Below the pieces are notes generated by a model that saw only the letters and a program-made list of their open reading frames with translations, had not been told where the DNA came from and ran no database searches. Positions 20,900 to 31,825 of a stretch of 64,000 bases of DNA are shown piece by piece; the stretch's first letter is position 1, and every line of letters begins with the position of its first letter. The position numbers were made by a program, and so were the translations under genes. The stretch is taken from sequence record SRR31156797_4827. One strand, written 5' to 3'.

Positions 20900-21745
20900 T
20901 TAAAACCCTGTCGTATCTGGATTGGTCGCTTTCCCAACGACACCATCTAATTGATCGATCGTTTTCATGTCTTCTTCAGATAGCTCAAAATCAAAGACAT
21001 GGATGTTTTCTTCGATCCGACTCGATGTGACTGATTTTGGTAATGGCAAGAAACCATGTTGTAAAGACCAGCGTAATGCAACTTGAGCGATTGATTTTTG
21101 ATGCTTTTCAGCTAATGCTTTCATTTCTGGTACATCAAATATCTTCCCGGTACCTAATGGGCTGTATGCTTCAAGCAATACATCGTGTTCTTGGCAATAA
21201 GTTACCACTTCTTCTTGTAACTCGCCAGGTGCAAGGAAAATCTGATTGACCATTGGGAAGATGGTCGCTGTTTTTTTCAATTCTTCAAAATGATGAGGCA
21301 AGAAGTTGCTGACCCCGATCGCTTTGATTTTGCCTGCCTGATACAGTTCTTCAAAAGCGCGCCATGTTTCTGCATTCGCTGTTTGCCAGTTGTCACGAAA
21401 GGCTACTGGGTTTGGCCAATGGATTAAGAAAAGATCGATATAGTCTGTTTGTAGTTTCTCTAAGGACTCTTCAAAAGAAGACATCACAAGATCATAGGAA
21501 TGGTTCGCATTCCACAATTTTGTAGTCAAAAAGAGTTCTTCGCGGGGAATGCCGCTTTCTTTGATCGCTTGACCAACACTGGCTTCATTTTTATAGCCTT
21601 GGGCTGTATCAATATGGCGGTAACCTACTTCCAGTGCTTTTTTGACTGATGCTACGGCAACGTCGCCGTCTGGTGTTTGCCATGTGCCAAAACCTAACTC
21701 AGGGATGGTTACATTGTTTGATAACGTATAGCTGTTCATGTTCAT
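20900..21745 (-). CDS. Aldo/keto reductase
   Basis: GFGTW, GYRHIDTAQGY, TTKLWN, DLFLIHWP, IGVSNF, LPKS. Confidence 0.95.
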   Translation of the reverse strand: MNMNSYTLSNNVTIPELGFGTWQTPDGDVAVASVKKALEVGYRHIDTAQGYKNEASVGQAIKESGIPREELFLTTKLWNANHSYDLVMSSFEESLEKLQTDYIDLFLIHWPNPVAFRDNWQTANAETWRAFEELYQAGKIKAIGVSNFLPHHFEELKKTATIFPMVNQIFLAPGELQEEVVTYCQEHDVLLEAYSPLGTGKIFDVPEMKALAEKHQKSIAQVALRWSLQHGFLPLPKSVTSSRIEENIHVFDFELSEEDMKTIDQLDGVVGKATNPDTTGF

Positions 21746-21907
21746 TCCTCCGTTTTCTGTGATACCTTTAGTTTAGCAGACGAGGACGGATTTTCCAATG
21801 AATGCATCTTTCAAAAAGGAAGTGGCCAATAAGAAAAATGACGTTTGGCTCTTGTCAGTTCGCCTATTTTTTTTGTACACTAGACAAATGGATAAGGAGC
21901 GTAACTA

Positions 21908-22912
21908 ATGGATATTTATTTGAAACATGCGATATTACACATTATTGACCGTCAAACTGGTGATCCGGTTTTTTCTCAAGTTGAACTCGATTTGACCACG
22001 GAATACATCCGCGATTATTTGACGAAAAAAATACAGAAACTTGCAACACCGCAAACCAAAACAGGGCGTTTACTCGAAACATCAATGATCGCTCAACTGG
22101 TCAAACAAGCACCCGAAGACTTTGTCGCAGCCAGTGAAGCGATCGTCCAACGGTGGTATGAAGCGTACAAGGAAAGTGAAGATGCACCAAGTGCGGATGC
22201 CTTTGTGGTCTTGTATGAATTTGATACAAGAATGCAGTTGGCGTTTTTGAAGGTCAACTATCAAGACGGCTATACGCACTTTATTGATAATGGGGAAGCT
22301 GGGATCGAAAACAATCTGATTTTGCATCGTGCCTTACTAGCAGGTAAAACTCAAAAGGCCGATGAAGGGATCACAATTGATGTGGAGAGCTTAGACTTTG
22401 AACTGATTGAAAAGAAATATAGCTTTTCAGGTGAAAAATATGCCTACTTTTCAACGAAAGTCATTGATGCCGAACCGATTCCCTCGTTAGAAGAAAACGT
22501 CAAAGTCATCAAAAAAGTAGCGGAAAAAATTGGTCAGAAATTTGAAACACCTACCTATAACGTTGTTGCCGATCTAAAAGAAGCGGTTTACGACACGATC
22601 GAAGAGTCAGGACACATTGATGTCAGTGAAGTGGCGCAAAAAGTCTTTAAAGACAATATTACCGCTCAGCTTTCTTTTCAAGAAGAAGTGGCTGAAAAAG
22701 GATTTGTCAATCAGGCACCAATGATGCGGGATGTCCGTGAGATCTCAGAGAAAAAATTCGGGAAACAAAAACTAAAATTATCTAACGGGATCGAATTGAT
22801 CGTTCCTTTGGATGTTTACCGAGATCCAAATTTGATCGAATTTATCAATAATCCAGACGGAACGATTTCCGTAACGATCAAAAATGTAGAAGAAGTAATT
22901 AATCGGATGTAG
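21908..22912 (+). CDS. Nucleoid-associated protein (YejK/NdpA-like)
   Basis: AILHIID N-terminus, FLKVNY, KQKLKLSNGIELIVP, INNPDGTISVTIKN. Confidence 0.8.
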   Translation: MDIYLKHAILHIIDRQTGDPVFSQVELDLTTEYIRDYLTKKIQKLATPQTKTGRLLETSMIAQLVKQAPEDFVAASEAIVQRWYEAYKESEDAPSADAFVVLYEFDTRMQLAFLKVNYQDGYTHFIDNGEAGIENNLILHRALLAGKTQKADEGITIDVESLDFELIEKKYSFSGEKYAYFSTKVIDAEPIPSLEENVKVIKKVAEKIGQKFETPTYNVVADLKEAVYDTIEESGHIDVSEVAQKVFKDNITAQLSFQEEVAEKGFVNQAPMMRDVREISEKKFGKQKLKLSNGIELIVPLDVYRDPNLIEFINNPDGTISVTIKNVEEVINRM

Positions 22913-22964
22913 GACAAAGGTCTTATGTGTGGATGATGCGGAGCTAACAACATAGAACGAGCAC

Positions 22965-23012
22965 AAAAAAGCAGAGATTCCTCTTTAAGTAATGAGGAGT
23001 CTCTGCTTTTTT
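22965..23012. terminator. Bidirectional terminator
   Basis: AAAAAAGCAGAGATTCCTC / GAGGAGTCTCTGCTTTTTT. Confidence 0.8.
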
Positions 23013-23040
23013 TCTGGATATCTTTGATCAATATCAGCAA

Positions 23041-23400
23041 TTATTGATCGGTCAGTTTCTCAAGGGCGGCTTTGGGAATGTCTTCTTCAGAAACTTCTTC
23101 CCAGCTCAGAACACCTTTATTAGGATTGACCAATAATTTCAAATAGGCACCTTCTCTTAAAGGCGCGGAACGGTGCTCATTCATTTTGACCGTTTTGACT
23201 TCTCCAGAGGAACTGTAAGCGTCTTGTGTGTAACGGTAGACATCTTCGGCAACTCCGTTATCACTAATTTCCGTGTCGTGCTCGCCGGCATCCCTGATGA
23301 CTGTATAGTAGTCACTTCCACCATAGTAATAATGATAAGTAGCAAAACAGCCACCAAGGAAAATTGCTGCAAAAACCAGCGTTGCAATGATTTTTTTCAC
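23041..23400 (-). CDS. YxeA/DUF1093 family exported protein
   Basis: N-terminal hydrophobic anchor; YYGGSDYYT, PLREGAYLKL, KGVLSWEEVSEEDIP. GTG start after GAGGTG. Confidence 0.8.
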   Translation of the reverse strand: MKKIIATLVFAAIFLGGCFATYHYYYGGSDYYTVIRDAGEHDTEISDNGVAEDVYRYTQDAYSSSGEVKTVKMNEHRSAPLREGAYLKLLVNPNKGVLSWEEVSEEDIPKAALEKLTDQ

Positions 23401-23501
23401 ATTTCTCACCTCATCTTCTATTATTCATAAAAATTGTCCTACGTCCAATAGATCGAAAAAAGCAAAGAAATTCTTAGGGATTAGCAGACGAGACATCTCA
23501 C

Positions 23502-23529
23502 TTGACTTTGACTAATTTTGACCTATAAT
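23502..23529 (+). promoter_or_regulatory. tufB promoter overlapped by a CtsR-type operator
   Basis: TTGACT, 16 nt, TATAAT. 23507-23523 reverse-complemented is GGTCAAA-ATT-AGTCAAA versus the CtsR consensus RGTCAAA-NAN-RGTCAAA. Confidence 0.7.
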
Positions 23530-23644
23530 AAGAGTAGATTTAAACTTACAAAAAATAAGTTGATACTTATGAATTTGGAAGCGTAAATCGCAAAATATGA
23601 TTCGAGTCAAAGAACGACTCAACTTTCTCTAGGAGGGAAACAAT

Positions 23645-24832
23645 ATGGCAAAACAACATTATGATCGTAGCAAACCCCATGTTAATATCGGAACGATAGG
23701 ACACGTCGACCATGGGAAAACAACCTTGACTGCTGCTATTACCACAGTTCTTGGGAAAAAAGGACTTGCCAATCCGCAAGATTACGCAAGTATCGACGCG
23801 GCTCCTGAGGAACGCGAACGTGGTATCACCATCAATACTGCCCATGTAGAATACGAAACAGAAAAACGGCACTATGCCCATATCGATGCACCAGGACACG
23901 CGGATTACGTGAAAAATATGATTACAGGGGCTGCCCAAATGGACGGCGCAATCTTGGTCGTATCAGCGACAGATGGCCCAATGCCGCAAACCCGTGAACA
24001 TATTTTGCTTTCTCGTCAAGTGGGTGTGAAACATTTGATCGTCTTTTTAAATAAAACAGACCTTGTCGATGATGATGAGTTGATCGATTTAGTTGAAATG
24101 GAAGTCAGAGAATTGCTGACTGAATATGATTTTCCAGGTGATGACATTCCTGTGATCAAAGGCTCTGCCTTAAAAGCCTTGGAAGGTGACCCAGAGGCTG
24201 AAGCAGCGATCTTAACGCTGATGGATACGGTAGATGAATATATCCCAACACCTGAACGAGACACTGATAAACCATTATTATTGCCGATCGAAGATGTCTT
24301 TTCAATTACTGGACGGGGAACCGTTGCTTCCGGTCGGATCGATCGCGGAACAGTAAAAGTCGGTGATGAAGTAGAAATCGTCGGAATCAAACCTGAAACA
24401 CAAAAAGCAGTCGTGACAGGAGTAGAAATGTTCCGTAAGACGATGGACTTTGGGGAAGCTGGTGATAACGTAGGGGTATTATTACGGGGAATCACCCGGG
24501 ATGAAATTGAACGGGGCCAAGTGTTAGCAAAACCAGGTTCCATCACACCACATACGAAATTCCAAGCAGAAGTCTATGTGTTGACAAAGGAAGAAGGCGG
24601 TCGCCATACCCCATTCTTTAATAACTATCGCCCACAATTTTACTTCCGTACAACGGACGTAACTGGGAATATCGTTTTACCAGAAGGAACGGAAATGGTT
24701 ATGCCTGGTGACAACGTAACGATCGATGTGGAATTGATCCATCCAATCGCTGTGGAAAATGGAACGACCTTCTCCATTCGTGAAGGTGGACGAACAGTTG
24801 GTTCTGGTATCGTGACCACGATCGAAAAATAA
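23645..24832 (+). CDS. tufB: Elongation factor Tu, stand-alone copy (enterococcal tufB type)
   Basis: [19 protein letters not shown] (not DCPGH), [12 protein letters not shown]; not linked to rpsL-rpsG-fusA. EF-Tu identity is certain; the tufB label is an inference. Confidence 0.9.
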   Translation: MAKQHYDRSKPHVNIGTIGHVDHGKTTLTAAITTVLGKKGLANPQDYASIDAAPEERERGITINTAHVEYETEKRHYAHIDAPGHADYVKNMITGAAQMDGAILVVSATDGPMPQTREHILLSRQVGVKHLIVFLNKTDLVDDDELIDLVEMEVRELLTEYDFPGDDIPVIKGSALKALEGDPEAEAAILTLMDTVDEYIPTPERDTDKPLLLPIEDVFSITGRGTVASGRIDRGTVKVGDEVEIVGIKPETQKAVVTGVEMFRKTMDFGEAGDNVGVLLRGITRDEIERGQVLAKPGSITPHTKFQAEVYVLTKEEGGRHTPFFNNYRPQFYFRTTDVTGNIVLPEGTEMVMPGDNVTIDVELIHPIAVENGTTFSIREGGRTVGSGIVTTIEK

Positions 24833-25038
24833 AAAACAGTGAAACAGTGCTTCCATTATCTGAAGGAGCACTGTTTCCTTTTTCATGTCAAACCAGCAAC
24901 AATTCCTTCATCAGCTTAGGATTGCTTGTTTTTTTCTAAATAATCTTGTGATTTTATTAAGGATTTTTTAGGAGAGAAAAAATTCTAGTCAGCCTGTTCA
25001 TTTCATAGTACGATAGATTCTGACTTAGAAAAGATGGG

Positions 25039-25677
25039 ATGTATTTGATGAGAAAAATTCGACGTTTCCTAGGATTTGTACTGAAGCTTGCACTCTTGGT
25101 GCTGCTGATTGGAGCAGGGGTTTGGGGCTATCGAAACTACACGGCATTGAAAGCTGTCTATGCGTATGAAGCGGAAATCGCACAGCAGACACAAGCCCAC
25201 GACATCTCTGAATATCAGTCTTTAGCAATGAGTATCATGCTGACGGAGTCAAAAGGACAAGGCAATGATCCGATGCAAAGTTCTGAAAGTGTATATGGAA
25301 AACAAAACCAATTTGATACGCCAGAACAAAGCATCGAACAAGGGGTTTCTTATTTAGCCGAGTTGATCGAAAAATCAGAGCAAATGAACTGTGATCTTTG
25401 GACCGCAGTCCAGGCTTATAATTTTGGTACAGATTATATTGATTATGTCGCTGAACGGGGTGGCGTGAACACCTTAGAATTAGCAGAAACATATTCCAGA
25501 GAGGTTTTATCCCCGTTATTAGGCAATGATACAGAACAAACCTATCGTTATTGGGGCATCCAATCGGTCTTTTATAATGGCGGTCATTTGTATCACAATG
25601 GCGGCAACATGTTCTATGCGGATCTAATAAAATTGAACCGATGGAAAATCGATGTTACGGCAGGGTTCTTTTCCTGA
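25039..25677 (+). CDS. Lysozyme-like (PvaA/YddH-type) membrane-anchored protein
   Basis: N-terminal TM helix; ESKG..NDPMQSSES, AVQAYNFG, YHNGGNMFYA. Confidence 0.85.
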   Translation: MYLMRKIRRFLGFVLKLALLVLLIGAGVWGYRNYTALKAVYAYEAEIAQQTQAHDISEYQSLAMSIMLTESKGQGNDPMQSSESVYGKQNQFDTPEQSIEQGVSYLAELIEKSEQMNCDLWTAVQAYNFGTDYIDYVAERGGVNTLELAETYSREVLSPLLGNDTEQTYRYWGIQSVFYNGGHLYHNGGNMFYADLIKLNRWKIDVTAGFFS

Positions 25678-25834
25678 TCGTCACAAAATAACTGAAGTAA
25701 AAAAGCTTGAAATACAAATAGAATATGGTAAAATCATTATGAGTGATTCCGTCTAATTATTCTTCGCACTGATACCTATTAGTGCGTTTTTTTACCTAGT
25801 AAACGATGAATACTTACCAAATGGAGGTGAGTGG

Positions 25835-27670
25835 ATGGCACGAATTCCTCAAACGATCATTGACGACATTCGCGAACGTAGCAATATTGTTGATATCGTG
25901 GGACAGTATGTCCAGTTAAAGAAATCTGGAAAGAATTATTTTGGTTTGTGTCCCTTCCATAATGAGAAATCACCTTCTTTTTCCGTTGCAGAAGACAAAC
26001 AAATTTTTCATTGTTTTGGTTGCGGTCGTGGGGGCAATGTTTACGGTTTTTTGCAAGAGCTTGAAGGCATCAGTTTTCCTGAAGCAGTCGTCAAAGTAGC
26101 AGAAATGAACGATATTCCTCTTGATCCGCAATACCAGCAATCAGAAGGCATCAATGAAGCGACCTCACAAACGAGTCAATTGATTGCGCTGCATGAAAAA
26201 GCCGCCGAGGTCTATCATCACATGTTGGTGAATACGGCTGCTGGCCAAGAAGCGCTTGATTATTTATTGGATCGCGGATTGACGATGGCATTGATCGAAG
26301 AATTCAATATTGGTTTTGCGCCGAATGAACGCTCGTTTTTGGAGAAAGTCTTTTTGAATGAACAAGCCAAAGCTGAATTTTTTCCTGATACAGGGCTCTT
26401 TGTTCAACGAAACGATGGCTCATTGGCAGACCGCTTTTACCAACGAATCATGTTTCCGATCCGTAATCCTCAAGGAAAAACAATTGGTTTTTCTGGTCGT
26501 TGGCTAGCAAGCGAAAAAGTTGGTGATCAAGACCAGCCGAAATATTTAAATAGTCCAGAAACGATCCTTTTCAACAAGCGCGAGGTTCTGTTCAACTTTG
26601 ACAAAGCACGCCGTGCGATGCGCAAAGATGGCCAAGTGTATTTATTTGAAGGATTTATGGACGTGATCGCCGCTTGGCAGGCAGGAATCGAAAATGGGAT
26701 CGCCTCAATGGGGACCAGCTTGACCAATCAGCAGATCGCCCATATCGAGCGAGTGGCACAAGAAGTGATTCTTTGTTACGATGGAGATAGTGCAGGGGTT
26801 GAAGCGACAAACCGCGGGATCGAGCTTCTGCAAAACAATAGTCGTTTGAAATTATCTGTGGTGCGAGTGCCGGAACGGATGGACCCAGATGAGTATTTGC
26901 GCAAATATGGGACAGAAGCTTTTTATAAACTAGCTGTCCACGGCAAAGAAACCGTTTTTGCCTTCAAGATGGATTATCATCGGATGAATCGCAATTTAGC
27001 CAATGAGAAGGAGCAACTGGACTATGTCCAAGTTGTTTTAAATGAATTGCAGCGTGTGGATTCTTTGTTGGAGCAAGACCGCTATTTGACTCAGTTGTCT
27101 ACAGAGTTCAATTTGAGTCGTGAGACCTTGCAGCAGCAGCTCAAGCAAAACCGGCAAGAGCAACGGACGATGCAAGATGTAGCGCCACCGCCGCCAACAG
27201 ACACCCCTGTGGTCTTTACGCCGCCTACACGGCAGCAGCCCAAAACACAGGTGGAAAAAGCGCAAGAATTATTATTGTACCGTTTGTTTCATGACAGTAC
27301 GTTAAACCATCGCTTTCGAGCGAGTGGTATATCCTTTATTCATGATCGTTATCAACAACTGTATCTGCTGTTTGATGCGTATATGGAAACAGAAGAACAC
27401 TTTGTTTTAGCAAAGTTCTTAGATTTTTTAAAAGAAGATTCAATGAAAAAAATGGTGATCGATATTGCAGATCTTAAAGCTTCTGAGGAAGGGACTGAAC
27501 AAGAATTTCAGGACATTCTGCAGGTCTTTCAAAAGTCGGGCATTGCTGAAGAAATCAATCAAAAACGAATCCAGCAGCAAGAAGCAAGACAAATAGGAAA
27601 CCAGCAATTAGAACTTGAACTTGCAATCGAAATCATTGATTTGACCAAACGGTTGAAACAAGCTAAATAG
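25835..27670 (+). CDS. dnaG: DNA primase
   Basis: CPFH...CFGC zinc finger, PKYLNSPET, EGFMDVI, CYDGDSAG, DPDE. Confidence 0.97.
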   Translation: MARIPQTIIDDIRERSNIVDIVGQYVQLKKSGKNYFGLCPFHNEKSPSFSVAEDKQIFHCFGCGRGGNVYGFLQELEGISFPEAVVKVAEMNDIPLDPQYQQSEGINEATSQTSQLIALHEKAAEVYHHMLVNTAAGQEALDYLLDRGLTMALIEEFNIGFAPNERSFLEKVFLNEQAKAEFFPDTGLFVQRNDGSLADRFYQRIMFPIRNPQGKTIGFSGRWLASEKVGDQDQPKYLNSPETILFNKREVLFNFDKARRAMRKDGQVYLFEGFMDVIAAWQAGIENGIASMGTSLTNQQIAHIERVAQEVILCYDGDSAGVEATNRGIELLQNNSRLKLSVVRVPERMDPDEYLRKYGTEAFYKLAVHGKETVFAFKMDYHRMNRNLANEKEQLDYVQVVLNELQRVDSLLEQDRYLTQLSTEFNLSRETLQQQLKQNRQEQRTMQDVAPPPPTDTPVVFTPPTRQQPKTQVEKAQELLLYRLFHDSTLNHRFRASGISFIHDRYQQLYLLFDAYMETEEHFVLAKFLDFLKEDSMKKMVIDIADLKASEEGTEQEFQDILQVFQKSGIAEEINQKRIQQQEARQIGNQQLELELAIEIIDLTKRLKQAK

Positions 27671-27693
27671 CGAACTGAAAGGGGCTTTCTTTC

Positions 27694-28800
27694 ATGGCAG
27701 AAGAAACAAAAAAAACGTATGACAAAGCAGTTGCCGAATACATCCGAGAAAACAAAACAAAGGGGCAAGTTGTTTACGATGACATTACCAATCGTTTAGC
27801 AACGCCTTATACTTTGGATGCTGATGCAATGGACAAACTAATTCAAAAACTGGAGGATTCCGGCATCAGTGTCGTGGATGAAAATGGAGAGCCTTCAGTC
27901 CATAGTTTAAAGAGTAATGAAAAACGACAAGAAACCCAACCTCAAGAAGATTTGTCTGCACCGACTGGTGTGAAAATCAATGACCCTGTGCGGATGTACT
28001 TGAAAGAGATCGGTCGGGTACCGCTTTTGACCGCAGAAGAAGAAGTGGCTCTCGCTCTGAAAATCGAAGAAGGCGACCAAGAAGCGAAACAGCGTTTGGC
28101 AGAAGCCAACTTACGTTTGGTAGTCAGCATCGCCAAACGTTATGTGGGTCGGGGAATGCAATTTCTTGATTTGATCCAAGAAGGAAACATGGGCTTGATG
28201 AAAGCCGTTGAGAAATTTGATTATCGCAAAGGGTTTAAATTCTCGACCTATGCGACCTGGTGGATCCGTCAAGCGATCACTCGTGCCATCGCTGACCAAG
28301 CTCGAACCATTCGGATCCCAGTGCATATGGTGGAAACCATCAACAAATTGATTCGTATCCAACGGCAATTATTGCAAGACTTAGGACGCGAACCGACACC
28401 AGAAGAAATCGGCGCAGAAATGGATTTGCCAACGGAAAAAGTTCGTGAAATCTTGAAGATCGCTCAAGAGCCCGTTTCATTAGAAACACCAATCGGTGAA
28501 GAAGATGATTCTCATCTAGGTGATTTTATTGAGGACCAAGATGCTACAAGTCCGGCAGAGCATGCGGCTTATGAGCTTTTGAAAGAGCAATTAGAAGATG
28601 TATTGGATACGTTAACTGACCGTGAAGAAAATGTGCTACGCTTGCGTTTCGGAATCGATGATGGCCGTACTCGGACCTTAGAAGAAGTCGGCAAAGTCTT
28701 TGGGGTAACCAGAGAACGGATTCGTCAGATTGAAGCAAAAGCGTTACGGAAACTACGCCACCCATCTCGTTCAAAACAATTGAAAGATTTCTTAGAATAA
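27694..28800 (+). CDS. rpoD: RNA polymerase primary sigma factor
   Basis: [48 protein letters not shown]. Confidence 0.98.
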   Translation: MAEETKKTYDKAVAEYIRENKTKGQVVYDDITNRLATPYTLDADAMDKLIQKLEDSGISVVDENGEPSVHSLKSNEKRQETQPQEDLSAPTGVKINDPVRMYLKEIGRVPLLTAEEEVALALKIEEGDQEAKQRLAEANLRLVVSIAKRYVGRGMQFLDLIQEGNMGLMKAVEKFDYRKGFKFSTYATWWIRQAITRAIADQARTIRIPVHMVETINKLIRIQRQLLQDLGREPTPEEIGAEMDLPTEKVREILKIAQEPVSLETPIGEEDDSHLGDFIEDQDATSPAEHAAYELLKEQLEDVLDTLTDREENVLRLRFGIDDGRTRTLEEVGKVFGVTRERIRQIEAKALRKLRHPSRSKQLKDFLE

Positions 28801-28812
28801 TTAAGGTTTATT

Positions 28813-28847
28813 GACTTTCCAAAGACCCCCTTTGGAAAGTCTTTTTT
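28813..28847 (+). terminator. Intrinsic terminator after rpoD
   Basis: GACTTTCCAAAG / CTTTGGAAAGTC followed by T6. Confidence 0.85.
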
Positions 28848-29109
28848 GTTCAGGTTTTGTCATCTCTCCATAGGATAAGTAAAGAACTTAATAAAAACGT
28901 AACCAAGCAAGTGTTGGCTAATTGCCTAGAATGTGATAAATTTAATTTTGTGCATCTGCACAATTGAGTAATAAAAAAGAAATGCGAAAAAAGACCCATT
29001 ATTTGTCGGTCTTTGAAATAGGAAGCAGTGGGCGCATCAAGCGTTTGATCTGGTAGGGTACTGCTTCATAGAAGGAAATGCAAAAAACAAAAGGAGTCAG
29101 TTTGAATCA

Positions 29110-30999
29110 ATGAAGAAGACATGTCCTGAATGTGGATTTCAAGCAATAGAAGAAACACCCGTTTGTCCCAATTGCGGGTTTCAATGGAACCAAGCAAAGG
29201 AGAATGAACAGGAACCATCATCTGACTCTTCCGTTACGCCAGAAGAGCTACAAAACAAAAACGATGATATTCGCTGGTCTGACTTTAAAAATGTTCCGAT
29301 TGGAAAAATGGAGGAGCACTTAGGCGATCGGCCATCCTCGAATGAAGAAACGATCGACCTTGCACAGCAAGAGGCTTTTTCTGATGAGCAAAAAACAACA
29401 CTTGAATCAGAGTCTAAACAAGAACCAAAAACAGTGGAAAACTCTGAGTCTACAGAAGAACACACAATTTCAGCCAGTGAAGAAGTTAATGAGACCGATG
29501 CACTGAGTACGGATGAACAGCATGACTCTGAGATTTTGGCCGCTTATATCCGACAGCACAAACTTGATGAAGAAGCAAAGGCAGCAGCTGCTCTAGAAGC
29601 AGAAGAAACCGCCATTGATCTTTCCTCTGCTGAAGAGGAAAGTCAGATGCAAGCCAGCGAGGAACCTCTGCCGTCAAGCGAGGAGGAAGTGGTGACGGAG
29701 CCAGTTATTGAAGAAGCTGAGAAGCAGCCAGAACCAGTCATCGATCCAATTCCTGAACCAATCACCGCAGCGGATGAAACGCCACAAAAGGCGACTGCTG
29801 AAGAAGAAACATCTTCTTCCAGTGAAAGCAAGAAGAGCCCTCGCAAAGCACTCTATATTACAGCGGCTTGTTTGTTAGTGGCAGCGGGTGGTGGTTGGGC
29901 TTATTACTATCAACAGCAGCAACAAGAAACTGCCCGACAAACGCAACAGGCGCAAGAGAACCGTACGTTAGATCAGATCGAAAATGAGTTGAATGATTTT
30001 TATACAAATGATGAGCGAGTGTTCATTAAAAGCGACAAAACAGCAGAACAGCTGACGGCTGTGACGAATCAGTTGGCAGATTTTCAAGACCACGAACGAT
30101 ACGATATCTTGTCACAAGAAGCAGAGACAATTGCTGACAAATTAGCAGCTTTGACAGAGATCAATAGCTATTTCAGCAGTCCTGCAGTTGTGGAGGATCA
30201 GTTGGAAGAAGTCTCGTTGAAAGAAGCGACTGCTGTCACAATGGCGAAGCGTGAGAATGGGGATGCCTTTGATGAGTTGATCAATCAAGCCATCGACATG
30301 GGACAAAAAGAGTTCAGCGCGATCGAGGAAGTTCAAAATGCAGTGAAGAGCATGGTGGCTTTAAGTGGTGACGGTGAAGCACCGGCGAGTGTCACTCGTG
30401 AGAACTACAATGCCTTGATGAAAAAAATCCAAGCTTTGCCAATCGATTCACTGGTTGAAAGTCTTACGACGGAACTACGTAAAGTCGATACTGCCTTGAC
30501 GAAGCGTGAAACAGCTACCCAACAAGCAGCGGCGCAACAACAAGCTGCCCAAGAAGCAGCACAAGCGGCGGCTTCCGAGAACAACGCTTCCGCTTCGAGC
30601 AGCGGATCTACAAGCGCTGCGACGCCCGCGCAAAGTACTTCTGAAGAAGAGTATGTGCTTTCGCCGGATACACCAACAAATACCAACAATCAGCCAATTA
30701 TTCCAGCCCGCCAAAGTGATTTGAATGATGTAAACAATAGCGCCTGGGTGTGGGCAGATGGTGTCCAAGAAAAAATCATCGCCACAGCGATTGCTCGCGG
30801 TTATGTGGTAGAAGGCGGCTATACTTTTGAACGTGTACGAATCGTCAATGGTGAAGGCTATTACAATTTTTATGCGACAAATGCCCAAGGCAGCTTGCTT
30901 AAAGGAACGGATGATTCAGCGTTCCCGCTATACTTATTTACGGTAAACGCCAAAACTGGCTATTTCAGAGGCAATGGGAACGATCACACCGTTCGCTAA
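29110..30999 (+). CDS. mapZ: MapZ-family division-site positioning protein with N-terminal zinc ribbon
   Basis: CPECG..CPNCG, acidic cytoplasmic tail, one TM helix. C-terminal [41 protein letters not shown] resembles the streptococcal MapZ extracellular domain 2. Confidence 0.8.
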   Translation: MKKTCPECGFQAIEETPVCPNCGFQWNQAKENEQEPSSDSSVTPEELQNKNDDIRWSDFKNVPIGKMEEHLGDRPSSNEETIDLAQQEAFSDEQKTTLESESKQEPKTVENSESTEEHTISASEEVNETDALSTDEQHDSEILAAYIRQHKLDEEAKAAAALEAEETAIDLSSAEEESQMQASEEPLPSSEEEVVTEPVIEEAEKQPEPVIDPIPEPITAADETPQKATAEEETSSSSESKKSPRKALYITAACLLVAAGGGWAYYYQQQQQETARQTQQAQENRTLDQIENELNDFYTNDERVFIKSDKTAEQLTAVTNQLADFQDHERYDILSQEAETIADKLAALTEINSYFSSPAVVEDQLEEVSLKEATAVTMAKRENGDAFDELINQAIDMGQKEFSAIEEVQNAVKSMVALSGDGEAPASVTRENYNALMKKIQALPIDSLVESLTTELRKVDTALTKRETATQQAAAQQQAAQEAAQAAASENNASASSSGSTSAATPAQSTSEEEYVLSPDTPTNTNNQPIIPARQSDLNDVNNSAWVWADGVQEKIIATAIARGYVVEGGYTFERVRIVNGEGYYNFYATNAQGSLLKGTDDSAFPLYLFTVNAKTGYFRGNGNDHTVR

Positions 31000-31117
31000 G
31001 TCTCCTGAGACACTAGAAAATTTTCAGAGTTATTACATGCACATGTGAAAAATACTTGTTTCCCCTCCTTGTTTTCGATATGATGAGAGATAATCGTTCA
31101 AACAAGGAGGGGTTTTT

Positions 31118-31825
31118 GTGCAGAAAATTGAGAGATATGATCGGTTTGAAGACGGGGTCATTGCTTGTGTACCAACGATTCTTGGGTACCTGGGCATTGG
31201 TTTTGCAATGGGGGTTGTGGGAAAAGGCGTTGGGTTGTCTATTCTAGAAATTATTTTAATGTCTATTATTGTTTATGCTGGCAGTGCTCAATTTATCATT
31301 TGCGCCTTACTAGCGATTCAAGCACCTTTCATGACAATCGTCGCAACAGTTTTTTTAGTGAATTTACGACACTTTTTAATGAGTTTGTCAGTAGCTTCCT
31401 ATTTTAAAAAGACACCGTTGCTTTCTGCCATTGGTATCGGGACACTTTTGACTGATGAGTCCTATGGCGTTTTGACGACGGCATTGCAACAAGACAAACC
31501 AGTCACAGCAAAATGGACCCACGGGTTGAACGTAATGGCTTATTTGAGTTGGATTTTTGCGACGTTTTTGGGTGGTTTATTGGGTTCCTTTATTCCAGAT
31601 CCAGAAGCGTTAGGCTTAGATTTTGCCTTAGTAGCTATGTTTGTTGGTCTTTTTTTATTTCAAGTAGAGCGACCGCTTAAGAAGAAAACCCAGCAAACGC
31701 TCTTGATACTAGGGACAGTTGTGGGGACCTTGATTTTATTTATGCGTTTTTCGACCGCAGAGATTGCGGTAATTGCGGCGACACTGGCAGGATGTTTGGT
31801 TGGGACGGTGACACACCATGACTAA
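31118..31825 (+). CDS. azlC: AzlC family branched-chain amino-acid transporter subunit
   Basis: YAGSAQF, VNLRHFLMS, LTDESYG, GLDFALVAMF. Confidence 0.9.
   Translation: MQKIERYDRFEDGVIACVPTILGYLGIGFAMGVVGKGVGLSILEIILMSIIVYAGSAQFIICALLAIQAPFMTIVATVFLVNLRHFLMSLSVASYFKKTPLLSAIGIGTLLTDESYGVLTTALQQDKPVTAKWTHGLNVMAYLSWIFATFLGGLLGSFIPDPEALGLDFALVAMFVGLFLFQVERPLKKKTQQTLLILGTVVGTLILFMRFSTAEIAVIAATLAGCLVGTVTHHD

Noticed and set aside
24016-24546. Long antisense ORFs inside tuf (also in rpsA 42634-43191, ilvC 50264-50707, ntpC 7508-8026)
   Set aside because: These are shadow frames expected from codon bias in conserved genes, with no RBS or recognisable protein.
25039-25677. Lysozyme-like gene as a conjugative-element hydrolase
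   Set aside because: It has no NlpC/P60 domain and no neighbouring T4SS or relaxase genes; it matches the chromosomal PvaA-like type.
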